From the NCBI RefSeq assembly GCF_030028105.1, contig NC_092380.1:56603717-56667716 (forward strand): DNA of 64,000 nt. The letters run 5' to 3'. Source of the DNA: Mobula birostris (Eukaryota). Below the pieces are notes generated by a model. It did no database searches and was not told the DNA's origin. It was given only the letters and a program-made list of their open reading frames with translations. Of this stretch, positions 1 to 12,764 are shown one piece after another. Position numbers and translations under genes: made by a program. The number at the start of each line of letters is the position of its first letter. Position 1 is the stretch's first letter.

Positions 1-445
1 TGGATGTATAAAGCATTTGGGAGTCCCAGTACAGGATTTCCTAAAGGTTAACTAGCAGATGGAGTTAGCAGCAAGGGAAGCAAATGCAGTGTGAGCATTC
101 GTTCCAAGCATAGAATATAAAAGAATATATTATAGTGGGGGAGTCAGAGACAGAGGGTACAGCCTCAGTATACAAGGACACTTCCTTAGAACAGAGATGA
201 GGAGGAATTTCTTTGGACAGAGGGTGGTGAATCTGTAGAATTCATTGCTACAGAAGCTCTGGAGACCAAGTCATTCTGTAAATTTAAAGCAGAGGTTGAT
301 AGGTTCTTGGTTAGTAAGGGTATCAAGGGTTATGGGGAGAAGTCAGGAGAATGGGGTTGAGAGGGGGAAAATCAGACATGATTGAATGGTGGAGCAAACA
401 TGATGGGCTGAGTGGCCTAATTCTGCCCCTATGTTTTATGATCTT
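1..445 (+). mobile_element. CR1-type LINE, degraded 3' fragment
   Basis: Contains the same 3'-end phrases as the other CR1 copies (cagagggtggtgaatctg...tttaaagcagaggttgataggttcttg...ggcctaattctgc); no intact ORF. Confidence 0.7.
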
Positions 446-1035
446 GTACAGCATGGAAACCTAAAATACACCCCAATTCTACCGTAGGAACAGAACACTA
501 CAGTCCACCCCTTGCTCTACTACGAACTTACTGTTTTTGTGCAAATGTACTATTCTGCAGTTTTCCTCTCCACTCTGTTACATAATTTATGTACAATTCA
601 TATTTTGTGTTTCCTGAACTTGTGAATCTGCTACAAGGAAGGATTTTTTTTTGTACATTCATGTCATTGCTGTATTGTGCACACAGCAATAGACACAACT
701 TGACTTGAACCAGTCCTTGGCCCACCATACCTGTGCTGACACATCTCCATTTATCCCATCTTCCAGCACTTGTCCATAGTCTTCTATGCCTAGGCAATTT
801 CCATCCACATCTGCTAGCAGACTATTACTGTGAATTGCCCGGAGTGTTGGTGAGAGGCGGGAGAATGGTGAGCGCAGGTAATCACCATGACAGAGAGAAT
901 AGGTTAGCCACAGGCCACTAAGTGGGAGGGTTGTGACTAAAGGAAATGTTTTCACTAGCCGATGGGATGCAATTCCAAAACCTGATATTACGATTTGTTT
1001 CCTTTAGCACCAACATTACATCCGATTTGTCCTGA

Positions 1036-1291
1036 CAACACACTCAAAATGCTGGAGGAACTCACCAGGTCAGGTAGCATCGATGGTTGTTAAAGAGTAA
1101 ACGGTCGACGTTTCGGGCCGAGACCCTTCATCAGGACTGGGATCCACAACTGGGATTCTCTCTCCGCCGCTTGCAGACTCCTGCTGAAGGGTCTCGTCCC
1201 AAAACCTCGACTCTTTTCCGTAGCCCGCTGAGTTCCTGCAGCTTTTTGTGTGTTGCTTGGGTTTCCAGCATCTGCAGATTTTCCCGTGTTT
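1036..1291. mobile_element. Penelope-like element terminal fragments arranged as an inverted pair
   Basis: aaaatgctggaggaactca...gtcgacgtttcgggccgagacccttcatcaggactg followed by a diverged reverse complement ending ttccagcatctgcag; same terminus as the GIY-YIG-bearing copy at 22526-23570. Confidence 0.75.
1101..1140 (-). ncRNA. Minimal type I hammerhead ribozyme motif (Penelope-associated), core intact
   Basis: Minus strand reads CAGTC CTGATGA A GGGTCTCGGCCC GAAA C GTC GACCG: CUGAUGA and GAAA cores, stem II hairpin, GUC cleavage triplet, one mismatch in stem I. Confidence 0.7.
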
Positions 1292-1479
1292 GCAATCTAT
1301 GCTAACTTCTTTTTACGAGCATTCTCATCCCTGCCCTTTCATGACTTAACCTCACTGGCATCACCCTTTGCCTCTCCATCTGTTCAAAACCTTAAGGTGC
1401 TGTACCTGCTTGTAAAATACCTTTCCGCCAGATGAAAGATATTTTCCCTCCCTCCTACAATCCCCAGACACTCTTTCTG

Positions 1480-2230
1480 TGCGTAAAATGTGCACATCTG
1501 CGCCCAAGGTACCTCGCTGATAGTTGGGGAGTTCGGGAAAGGGTGAGATTGGAGGCGAGAGAGATTCCCGTCCCGGGAACAGGGCGTCTCTGAATTCGTT
1601 TCTTACCGAGACAGGCTTTGCTGACCAAGGTACAGGCTGTCAGCGCGCCGGCCGATGCCCCGTAGATGTTGCTGGCGTTGTGCACCAGCTGCGGGGCATG
1701 CTCGCACAAGCAGCTGGCCACTCCGACATGGTAGATGCCCAGAAACCCGCAGCCGGCGAACGAAATGCTCCAGGACGAGTCCTCGGGCCGCAGCATCTCC
1801 TCTGTGGGCTCAACTTCAAACGCGCCCTTCGGCAAACGTACTCGGAGCCGGCTTCTGACACCCTCTGGCTGCCGCACTCACATCTTCCGCTAAGCTGCTG
1901 CACAGACGTTTCCAAACACCCGGATCCTAACCTCCTCTGCTCTGCTCGACTCAGCTCTGTTCTGCTTGGGAGCGCTCCTGGATACTCTCTTTCTCCCTCC
2001 ACCCCAGCCAATTACCTTCGCCACCCACCTGAATGACCCTCGCGTTAGCCAATCACCGAGCTCCCACCCCGATCCACGTAACGCCACTGTCAACTGCTGG
2101 CAGTGAAAGGTCGGGCTTGTTTTTATATGTAGATTATTATCATACACTGAAGGCGCTGCCGCTAATTGGTTGGCCGGGGTATGCTGTACAATGTGCAAGG
2201 ATACCGGAAACGATCGCAATATCACTGATA
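1480..2230 (-). promoter_or_regulatory. CpG-island promoter region of PNPLA2
   Basis: CpG-rich stretch over and upstream of the first coding exon; CCAAT at 2049-2053 and ATTGG near 2165. Confidence 0.6.
1607..1796 (-). CDS. PNPLA2: PNPLA2 (adipose triglyceride lipase, patatin domain), first coding exon; gene continues beyond position 1
   Basis: [63 protein letters not shown]|G, with the glycine-rich GCGFLG motif and the GASAG lipase motif; 190 nt ending in a phase-1 GTAAGA donor; synteny with RPLP2/PIDD1 favours PNPLA2 over its paralogs. Confidence 0.93.
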
Positions 2231-2827
2231 ACGTAGTTTTGCCTTTATTTTCATATTTCCAGCATGTGCAATATTTTGTTGTTGTCATTCTGATTCTCAA
2301 ACTTAAGCGCTTAAAACAGCACCACGCCCATAGGGAAGATACTTGAAACTCAACGCAAAAACAGACCGATTTACTTAGCCTTTTTACAGAGAAAAGCTTC
2401 TCAAAATATCTCAGCAAGAGCTATCATACTCCAGTAACTCGGCAGGTCGAAAAGCATTGTCTGAGTGTGAAAAGTTAGGGAGAGGAATTGCGCTGTTCCC
2501 CCCCCCCCCACCAGATGCTGGCCGATCCGCTGTGTTCCCGCAACAGGCTGTTTGTTGCTCCGGGTTCTGGTGTCCCGCACTCTCTGCCTCTAGCTACCAT
2601 GCGAAACTGGATACCAAACATACACAAGGTCACTTTTGTGGAAGAGGTAGGCAGCGGGTTACTGATGTCCGGCTCGTGTATACGGCCGCAACGGTAGGGA
2701 TTGCGTAGTAAACGGAAAAGACAATGCTAGCTACCACAAAGTCAGAGTCTCTAGGGCAATGCTAACTGCCTAGCACGGGGGTAAGGGTTCTTCTGAGCTG
2801 GTAAAGAACTTGGGAGTGGGATAGAAG

Positions 2828-3078
2828 GGTGCCACGGTAATTTAGCAGTTAGCGCAACGCTATTACAGCTCGGGGCGTCGGAGTTCGGAGTTCGATTCCG
2901 GTATTCTCTTTTAGCAAACTTGAGCATTCCTTCTTGTGTTTCCTCCGGGTGCTCCGATTTCCTCCCACAGTCCAAAGATGTGCAGGTTAGTAGGTTAATT
3001 AACCATTGTCCTGCCCTGTCGGTGGTTTGCTGGGCAGCACGACTCGAAGGGCTAGCTCCACGCTGTATCTCTAAATAA
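2828..3078 (+). mobile_element. tRNA-derived V-SINE (HE1-like)
   Basis: tRNA-like head with B box (gagttcgattcc) followed by a V-domain-like gtttcctccgggtgctccgatttcctcccacagtccaaagatgtgcaggttag. Confidence 0.7.
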
Positions 3079-3274
3079 CTGTGTTGCTGAGAGAATCCTG
3101 GGTGTTACTGGCGCATAGGTAGAATCAGGTACTGTGTTTTTGGGTGATTTTACACAAAAGGCTTAAATAGGAAAAAGCCCTGAGGCGGGGGGGTGGGGGG
3201 GGGAACAAAACATTAAGATGTTGCCACAGAAAAAGATGACATAGTTGGCTACATCATTTTGGATAAAGGAACAT

Positions 3275-3665
3275 AGACACAAGAGATTACTCAGACACTG
3301 GAAATCTTGATAATTACATACAAAGTGCTGGAGGAACTCAGAAAGTCAGACAACATGTATGAAGAGGAATAAACAGTCGACGCTTCAGACCGAGACTCTT
3401 CATCAGGACTGAAAGAACGGGGCAGAAGCTAGAATAAGCATTTGGGGGGAGGGCAAGGGATACAAGCTAGTAGGTGATAGGTGACTCCAGGTACAGGGGA
3501 AGGTGGGTGGCACTTGATATGAAAAGTTGGGAGCTGATATGTGGAAGAGTTAAAGGGCTGAAGAAGAAAAGGGAATCTGATAGGAGAGGTCAGTGGAATA
3601 AAAGGAGGGGGTGGGGAAAAAGAGGGAGGTGATGGACAGGTCATGAAGGCAGGTAAGAAGTGAGC
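3275..3665 (-). mobile_element. Penelope-like element 3' fragment with mutated hammerhead (3374-3411)
   Basis: Shared terminus; the hammerhead reads CAGTC CTGATGA A GAGTCTCGGTCT GAAG C GTC GACTG (GAAA changed to GAAG). Confidence 0.7.
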
Positions 3666-3784
3666 GCAGTCTCACCTGCAAGAGGATGTTCAGATATTCA
3701 AGGCTGGAGAGAGACTGAGAGGAAGAGGAATATGTCATAATTACCTGGATGTCATTTTTGACTTTGCTGTGATGCAAGCTGGTT

Positions 3785-4683
3785 AGAATTGAATTGACTT
3801 TATTACTTACATCCTTCATATACGTTTGTACATGAGGAGTAAATATCTTTACATTACATCTCTGTCTAAATGTGCAATGTGCAACAGGACAGTCAATATA
3901 ACATAGAAATACAATTGTATCAGCATGAATTAATCAGTCTGATGGCCTGGTGGAAGAAGCTGTCCCGGAGCCTGTTGGTCCTGTCTTTCATGCTGCGGTA
4001 CTGTTTCCCGGATGGTAGCAGCTGGAACAGTTTGTGGTTGGGGTGACTCAGGTCCCCAATGATCCTTTGGGCCCTTTTTACACACCTGTCACTGTAAATG
4101 TCCTGAATAGTGGGAAGTTCACATCTACAGGTGTGCTGGGCTGTCTGCACCACTGCCTGCAGAGTCCTGTGATTGAGGGAAGTACAGTTCCCATACCAGG
4201 AAGTGATGCAGCCAGTCAGGATGCTCTCAATTGTGCCTCAATAGAAAGTTCTTAGGATTTGGGGGCCCACACCAAACTTCTTCAAATGTCTGAGGTGAAA
4301 GGAGTGTTGTTTTGCCGTTTTCACCGCACTGCCGGTATGTACAGACCACTTGAGATCCTCAGTGATGTTTATGCCAAGGAACTTAAACTGTTTACCCTCT
4401 CAACCCCAGATCCATTGATGTCAATAGGGGCTAACCTGTCTGCATCCTTCCCTAGTCCACAACCAGCTCCTTTGTTTTTGTCATATTGAGGGAGGGGTTG
4501 TTTTCTTGACAACCGCTGTGTCAGAGTGATGACTTCTTCTCCGTAGGCTGCCTCATTATTATTTGAGATTAGGCCAATCAGTGTAGTGTTGTCAGCAAAT
4601 TTAATTAGCAGATTGGAGCTGTGGGTGGCAACACAGTCATGGGTATACAGGGAGGAAAGGAGGGGGCCTGGTACACAGCCCTG
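3785..4683 (-). mobile_element. Rex1/Babar LINE, 5'-truncated
   Basis: ORF fragments SQGCVPGPLLSSLYTHDCVATHSSNLLIKFADNTT and QLLPSGKQYRSM..RTNRLRDSFFHQAIRLIN; the 3' end matches the copy at 34990-35683. Confidence 0.85.
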
Positions 4684-6299
4684 AGAGAATGATTCCTGCC
4701 AGAAATTAATGTTAAAACTATGGATTTTAACCTTACAGAGCCTGACAATATTCCTGATGTTTGCCTGCCCGAGCAATTAGCTCACCAGCTAGTCAAACTA
4801 TTGATACCCTATGGAATACTTGACAGCAATCTGATATTGGCTTATTCTCCGATGTACCAGCCAGGCTAAAAGTGTTCAGTCATTCATGGGCACACTTTGT
4901 CATGTCACTGACGGTTAACTCAGAGTGAGCCTTCTGTGACCAGGAATGTGGTATTGGCACAATTTTCACTTATTGGTTTAGTTATCTTTGGGATTTATGC
5001 TGCTAGTTAATCTGAATTATTTTCCTTAAGTAGCCTGAGTTCCTCATAGATGGAAAGCAACACAAGTTTAATAATGTCTGAGTTACAGACTTACCCAAAT
5101 TTGTCCTCAGGATGTGAATGTTAGACATAAGGGAGCTTTATACTTACCCAATTATACTAATTATATGAAATATCTGCTGGTTCAACAAGATCCTATAGGC
5201 CCATACCCTTTACCACTTCAACCTCTACCACACCCCTTGCACTCACTATTCTGTGTAAAAAAGTTACCTCTGACACCCTCACCCCAAACTTTCCTCCAAT
5301 TATGTACTATATCTTAAAATGATGTCCATAAGCGGATAAGACATAGGTGCAGAATTAGGCCATTTGGCCCATTGAGTCTGTTCTGCCATTCAATCATGAC
5401 TGATCCCTTTTTTGCCTCCTTAGCCCCACTCCCTGGCTTTCTCCCTGTAACCTTTGATGCCATGTCCAATGAAGAACCTATCAAACTCTGCCTTAAATAC
5501 ACCTAATGACCTGGCCTCCATAGCTGCCTGTGGTAATAAATTCCACAAATTCACCACCATCTGGCTCCTCTGGTATTAACCATTTCTCCCCTGGGAAAAT
5601 GTATCTGGCTATGCACTTGAGAAGCATGGAGGAACATCTGGAGAAACTTCTGAAATGCCTGCTTCGTTGCCGCTGCTACTGTGCGATCGAAAATCTCCGG
5701 AGAGGTAGGCCCCAAATCCTCGGCTTTGCCTATTGCCTGTTGCCGGGGCCGGGGTCGAAGCGCTCAGCAGAGATGGTGCTCTGTGCTCGGTGTCGGAGAG
5801 CTGATCGGAGGCTTGAAGTTTTCGGACGGACTCAAGAGTCGTCTTTGGTCGGGTGCTTCCAGGGTGCTGCATCGGCAAGTTTGCGGCGCTGGAGGTTCAT
5901 GGCAGGAAGAGTTTCTCCCTTCTACCGTCTGCGTGAGATGATGAGACTTTCGAGAGACTTTGAGACTTTTTTTTTTTACTTTGCCCATGGTCTGTTCTTT
6001 ATCAAATTACAGTATTGCTTTGCACTGTTGTAACTATATGTTATAATTATGTGGTTTTTGCCAGTTTTTTTAGTCTTGGTCTGTCTTGTGTTTCTGTGAT
6101 ATCATACTCCTGGAATATTGTATCATTTCTTAATGCATGCATTACTAAATTACAATAAAAGAGGACTGCGTGTCCTCATAATCTAACCTAATCTAATCTA
6201 TGCCTCTCATCCTCCTTCGCTCCAAAGAGGAAGCCCAAGCTCACCCAACCTATCCTCATAAGACATGGTCTCTAAACTAGACAGCATCCTGGTAAATCT

Positions 6300-7120
6300 T
6301 CAGATAAAGGAAAGTCAGTGCATGTAGTTTACTTGGATTTTGAGAAGCCTTTGACAAGGTACCGCATATAAGGCTGCTAAACAAGCTCACGGTATGACAG
6401 GAAAGATAAAAGCATGGATAGAAGATTGGCTAATTGGGAGGAGGCAAACTGGGAGTAAAGAGGGCTTTTTCTGGTTGGCTGTCACTTTCTAGTGATGTTC
6501 CACAGGGGTCTGTATTGTGACGGCATTTTTTTCATCTTTTATGTCAATGATTTGTATGATGGAATAAGTGGGTTTGTGACTGAGTTTGCAGATGATACAA
6601 AGACAGGTGGAGGGGCAGGCAGTATTAAGGAAGCAGTGAGTCTGCAGAAGGGCTTGAATGGATTGGGAGATGGGAAAAATAAATGGCAGATGGATAATAG
6701 TGTATGGTCGTGCCCTTTGATAGAAGGAATGAAGGTGCAGACTATTTTCTGAACAGAAGTGTATTTGGATGATGGAATTAATGGCCTTGTGGCCAAGATC
6801 GGTACAGACAGTGTTGAGGATGCTGGGAGTCTGCAGAAGAACTTTGATAGATTAGGAGAATGGGTAAATTAGTGGCAGATGGAACATAGTGCAGGGAAAT
6901 GTATGGTCATGCACTTTTTACAGAATAAAGGCATTGACTATTTTCTGAATGGAGAGGACAGCCAGAAATTAAAGGTGCAAACGGACTAGAGATTTCCCTT
7001 CCAGGATTCCCTAAAAGTTAACTTGTAAGTTGATTCGGTGGTAAGGAAGGCAAGTGCAACGTTAGCATTCATTTTGAGAGAACTGGTATATAAAAGCCAG
7101 GATGTAATGCTGAAGCTATA
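6300..7120 (+). mobile_element. CR1 LINE RT fragments (degraded, with an internal duplication)
   Basis: Remnants of VYLDFxKAFDKVPH; YVNDLYDGISGFVTEFADDTKTGG; a ~190-nt segment occurs twice. Confidence 0.75.
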
Positions 7121-7871
7121 AATAGTTTATAGAACTGCAATATTGCTTTGTAGCTCTTGAACCTAATCTTCTGACTAATGAAAGCCATCACACCATATCA
7201 ATTTGCACAGCTATTATAAGGGACCTGTGGTGTGGACCACAAGTAGTTTCTCCATACTATGAACCATTAACCCTGTATTCTGACTTCAAACTTGACCTTC
7301 CAAAGTGAATCACTTCACACGTTCTTGGGTTGAACTCCATCTGCCACTTCTCAGCCCATCTCTACATCCTGTCAATGTCCGGTTGTAACCTACAACAACC
7401 CTCCACTCTATCCACAACTTGGTAGATATTTGGTATGTGACTCCTTACCCATAAATGTGTTTGACACTTAACCGTTCTGAGAAGCGATTTGGTTCAGAAA
7501 GTAATTGAGAATAGATGGTAAATGCGAGCCTTACTACTGATAGTAACATACAAAGAATAAATATTTTAAAAAGAACAAAATATGTGGAAGTCGAGACAAA
7601 TAAAGGCAGGGTTTAAAAGATTAGCTTTATTTAGCATGTGCATTGAAACAGCGATACACACTGTAAAATGCGTCGATTGCATCAAATACAATCAGCGAAG
7701 GTTGTGCTGGGGGCTGCCCGCAAGGGTTACCACATAGCATGCCCACAACTTACTAACCCTCACCCTGTTTGTTTTTGGAATGTGAGAGAAACCTATGTAG
7801 CTACAGGGAGAATGCCCAAACTCGTTACAGATAGTGGCAGGAATTCAGCCCCAAACGGTGATCACTGGTAG

Positions 7872-9272
7872 CACAGAGTCTGCCCTGCTGAAAGTGTGCA
7901 ATGATCTCCTCCTCTCTACCGACTCAGGTGACTCTGCCATTCTTCTTGACCTCAGCGCAACGTTCGATACTGTGGATCATGCCATTTTAATAGACCGTCT
8001 CCAGTACGGGGTTGGTGTTGATGACACTGCCTTGAACTGGTTCACATCCTACCTCAAAAATAGAAGCTTCGCAGTCAACATAGGAAATTTTTCCTCTTCT
8101 CCAGCTAGTTTTTCCTGCGAGGTCCTACAAGGTTCCATCCAAGGTCCCATTCTTTTCTCTATATATATGCTTCCCCTCAGCCAAATCATTCAAAAATATG
8201 ACATTTCATTCCACTGTTATGCTGATGACACACAGCTTTATCTCCCCCTAAAACCAAACGACCAGTCAAATCTAGTCAACCTCATGAACTGCCTTGAGGA
8301 CATTAAGTGTTGGATGACACAAAACTTCCTACAGCTGAATGAAGGCAAGTCTGAAGTTGTCCTATTTGGGCCCCCTGACTCCATCAAAGTGATTACCAAT
8401 AGTCCTGGTAACCTGTCCATCCTTGTCAAACCCCATGTCAAAAACCATGGTGCGATACTTGATTCTGCCTCTTAGTTTGACAAGCAAGTTAATGCAGTAG
8501 TAAAGGCCAGTTTTTTCCAGCTTCGTACTATTGCCGAAATCAAGTCGTTTCTCTCTTTCAAAGATCTCGAGAAAGTCATCCACGCCCTTATATCCTCCCG
8601 CTTGGACTACTCCAACTCCCTGTACACTGGGATTAGTTAGTCGTCCCTGTCCCGTCTGCAACTGGTCGAGAACGCCGCAGCCAGGCTCCTGACAGGTGCC
8701 TGGAAGAGGGACCATATTACTCCTATCCTGGCCTCTCTCCACTGGCTACCAGTAGGCCTCTCTCCACTGGCTACTAGTATGGTTTAGAATTGATTTTAAG
8801 GTTCTCCTGTTTGTTTATAAAGCCCTAAATGGGCTGGCCCTCTCCTATATCACAGACCTTCTAACCCCTTATTCTAGTTCCACGTCCCTCAGGTCAGCTG
8901 ACTTGGGGCTCCTGTCTGTCCCACGATCTAAATTTAAGTTCAGGAGTGACCATGCCTTTGCTGTTGTAGCCCCTAGACTGTGGAACAGCATACCCCTCCC
9001 TATCAGATCTGCCCCCTCCATTGAGTCTTTTAAGTCCAGGCTCAAAACTTACCTTGATTCACTAGCGTTTGAATCTTCCTGATGTGGCTGATTTTTGGCT
9101 TGTGCTTAGGCTCCTGGGTTGTTTATTTTGTGCCTATAAGCTGTGTGCCTTCTTGTTTATATCTGTGTTTCTTGTATTTGTGATTTTAGCTACCTGTTAT
9201 GGATTGTACAGCACTTTGGTTAACATGGGTTGTTTTTAAATGTGCTTTATAAATAAACTTGACTTGACTTGA
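7872..9272 (+). mobile_element. L2-clade LINE, 5'-truncated
   Basis: STESALLKVCNDLLLSTDSG..LLDLSATFDTVDH..QGSIQGPILFSIYMLPL..FHCYADDTQLY; ends in aataaa plus a (CTTGA)n tail. Confidence 0.88.
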
Positions 9273-10345
9273 CTGTAATCTCTGTACTTACATCCACTGT
9301 GACGAAGTGTTTTGAGAGGTTGGTGATGAAACATATCAGCTCCCGCATGAGAGGCAACTTAGATCCGCTCCAATTTGCCTACTGGAGCAACATGTCCCCA
9401 CAGCAGATGGTGTTCACTCAATCCTGGAACATCTGGACAGCAAAGGTGCTCTTTATCATTTACAGCTTGACATTCAATACCATCATCCCCCCCTAAACTA
9501 ATCAATAAGCTCCAAATCTTTGGCCTCAATACCTCTTTGTGCAATTGGATCCTGGATTTCATCACTTACAGAACCCAGTCAGTTCAGATTGGCAACAACA
9601 TCTCCTCCACGATCTCCATCAGCACAGATGCACCACAAGGATGTGTGCTTAGCCCCTTGTTCCACTTGCTTCACACTTATGACTGTGTGGCTAAGCACAG
9701 CTCCAACACCACATGCAAGTTTGCAGATAGCACCACTGTTGTGGGCTGAATCAAAGGCAGTGATAAATCAACATAGAGGAGGGAGACTGAAGATATCGCT
9801 GAGTGGTGTCATAACAAAAACCTCTCACTCAATGTCAGCAAGACCAGGGAACTGATTATTGACTTCAGGAGAGGGAAACCAGAGTCCATAAGCCAGACCT
9901 CAACTGAGGATCAGAGATAGAGAGGGTTAGCAACTTGAATTTCCTGGGTGTTACAATTCCAGAGGATCTGTCCCAGACCCAGCACATAAGTGCAAGTGCT
10001 AAGAAAGCACAGAAGCAGCTCTACTTCCTTATGATTCGGCATGACAGCTAAAACTTTGACAAACCTCTATACAAAAAGGGGATAGCTACACTCACTTGCC
10101 CACCCAATGAGGTGTTCCCACAACCAATGATCTCACTTTAAGGACTCTATCTTGTTACTTATTGCTATTTATTTATATTTGCATTTGCAATTTGCACAGT
10201 TTGTTCTGCACTCTGGTTGATCTTTCACTAATTCTGTTATGGTTACTATTCTATAGATATATTGAGTATGCCCACAGGAAGATGAATCTTAGGACTGTAT
10301 GTAGTGACACATACATACATTGATAATAAAATTTACTTTGAACTT
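9273..10345 (+). mobile_element. Rex1/Babar LINE fragment
   Basis: LTSTVTKCFERLV..LDPLQFAY; [29 protein letters not shown]; 3' end tgataataaaatttactttgaac. Confidence 0.82.
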
Positions 10346-11032
10346 TTACTGAACGTTGTAAAGCAACTGCACTAACCACTACAATAAGGTGTACTTTATC
10401 AGAATGGTGAATAAGTTCAGCCTTTATAATAATCTGATAGTTATTAACGATGTGGGAAGACCCTGTCTGTTAATGTACGACAAGTCATCTATCTTTGGAA
10501 TGGTGAAGAATCTAAGCAAGATAGCCTGGAATCTGTATCGATCACCTTGATGTTGTGGCCTTCCAACCACAGCTATTTTTTATTATCAGGAACCAATAAT
10601 CAATTCTTCAATTAGATCTGATATGATGTACTTTGTAGACTCACCCAGGCTGCACAAGGAATGACTACTGTAGCTTGGACTCCTTTTTCTGCGCTTTATA
10701 GAAGTTCGATCCTGCACCTTGTGTGCAAGATGAAGTGGTGCAGTCATGTCCCAAGCACACAATATTCCCAGTTGACATATTAGTGAAGTACTGAAGAGAG
10801 CTGCATAATAAATGTTTCCATCTTTAGATCATGGAGGAGGCACAGGAGAATGAAGACCCACACTCAACATTTTAGGAACAGCTTCTTCTCTTCAGCATTC
10901 AGACTTCAGACCAGTCGTGGAACCAATAAACCAAATCTCGATATTCCTCTATTTATTTTTTTATTGTAACTTAGAATAATTTTTTAGGTCTTGCACTGCA
11001 CTGTTGCAACAAAACAACAAATTTTACAACAT

Positions 11033-11527
11033 ACATTCAGTGGGCACTTTATTAGGTATGCCTGCTTGTTAAAGCAAATATCTGATCAGTTGACCAGGTG
11101 GCAGCAACTCAATGCGCAAAAGCATGCAGACATGGTCAAGGGGTTCAGTTGTTATTCAGACGAAACATCAGAATATGGAAGAAACGTGATCTAAGTGACT
11201 TTGACCGTGAAATGATTGTGGGTGACAGACAGGGCAGTTTGAGTAGCTTGGAAACTGCTGATTTCCTGGGATTTGCACGCACAACAGTCTCTAGGATATA
11301 CAGAGAATGGGGCAAAAAACAAAAAAAAAAATTTGATGAGTGGCAGTTCTGTGGGCGAAAATGCTTTGTTCATGAGGGAGTCTGAGGAGAATGGTCTGAT
11401 TGGTTCAGACTGACAGGAAGGCAGCAGTAATTCAACCACATATTACGACAGTGGTGTGCAGATGAGCATCTCTGCACACACAATACGCATCTCAGCAGCA
11501 GTGGCCACTTTATTAGGTACAGGAGCC
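11033..11527 (+). mobile_element. Tc1-like transposon deletion derivative
   Basis: N-terminal HTH remnant KRDLSDFDREMIVG..SSLETADFLGFARTTVSRIYREW; a cagtggscactttattaggta motif near both ends. Confidence 0.7.
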
Positions 11528-12764
11528 TTGAGTGTACATCAGTGATGATAAACCAGATTCTGAGGTAAAACTGATATCCCTTCTGCCTGCTCATAAAACA
11601 TCCAATAGCATTTTAAAAAAGCATTTTTCTGGTGAAATATGAACTCGATCATTCAACTAATATTATTTTAATAAATCATCTCATCAATATTTAATTTAAG
11701 AGATATAAAGTACAAAACTGTTAGATTTTTTTGTCACTATATGTTTCAAAGAACATCGTTCAGTGCGTCAAAATGCAGGACCACATAGATCTCTCTTCAT
11801 TGTCTCTGGGGATCGAACACCATAAATTTACCTTGACATAAACTCTTTATCTTTTCCAACAAAGTTCAACTGTCACTTTACAAGGGCTCGTCTTTCACTT
11901 GATACTTTCCCTTGAAGGCTCTGCTTAGTTCACACACTTCTGCTGTCTGTTGTCTGCTACATCTTGTGCATGTAATCACTTGCCAACCATTGAGCACTAT
12001 TTCTGGCAGCAACTCAGATCTGACACAATACCTGAGATTCTCAGCCCTTTATGGCAGGGAAACTTGACCTAATCACATGGAACATTGGAACAAAAGTAAG
12101 TCATTTATCTCCTCTGGCCCGCTCTGTTATAATTTGAGATCTTTGCTGACAACACAGTTCCTCTGCTAACTCCATGTTCATGCTGTTCAACTTGGTTACA
12201 ATTTAGTGGGTGAGAGATTCACAGTAGGCCATCCCTCACATGAAGAAGTGTTTCCAAACTTCTCTCCTGAATGACCTTCCTCTAATTTTAATGAAGCATT
12301 CTCTTACCCTAGATTTCCTAAGAGCAGAAAATGATACCTACTTCTATGGAAATGCCTTATGAACACTAATATATGTGATTTATTGAACCCTGGGAACACT
12401 AGTGTATACACACCATGCTACTTTCATAGCTGTGGTACTCAAAGAAGTCCAAAATATCCCACACGTTGCTTTGTATTGTGGTAGCAACAATTGCATCCTG
12501 TTAATATTGTGGTACAAGTTATGAAGACTAACATTTCATTATTTTGTAGCATTTTTGTACTACATTTTAGTGACTTAAGTATAAGGATCCTTAATTTTCT
12601 TTGAACTTCCACTGTACCTAGTTTCCCCCAATTTAGGGAATGGTAGGCCAAAAAAGAAGAGAACTCAGTTGGAATTCAAACTATCTGCAAAACTATTTAT
12701 ATCTACGTGATTGTTGTGCACTGGAAAGAAAACGAATATTGCAATAGAGTGATTTGTACTATAC

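Noticed and set aside
1797-1877. N-terminal extension of PNPLA2 shown in the ORF track
   Set aside because: Starts at GTG and has no patatin similarity; ATG 1796 matches the known N-terminus
3185-3203. G-rich run, possible G-quadruplex
   Set aside because: Simple homopolymer run like several others in the window, prone to sequencing error, with no functional context
5530-6033. 167-aa ORF and overlapping ORFs in a CpG-rich block
   Set aside because: Appears to lie in a retroelement 3' region ending aataaaa...(atcta)n, inserted among CR1 fragments; no protein motif
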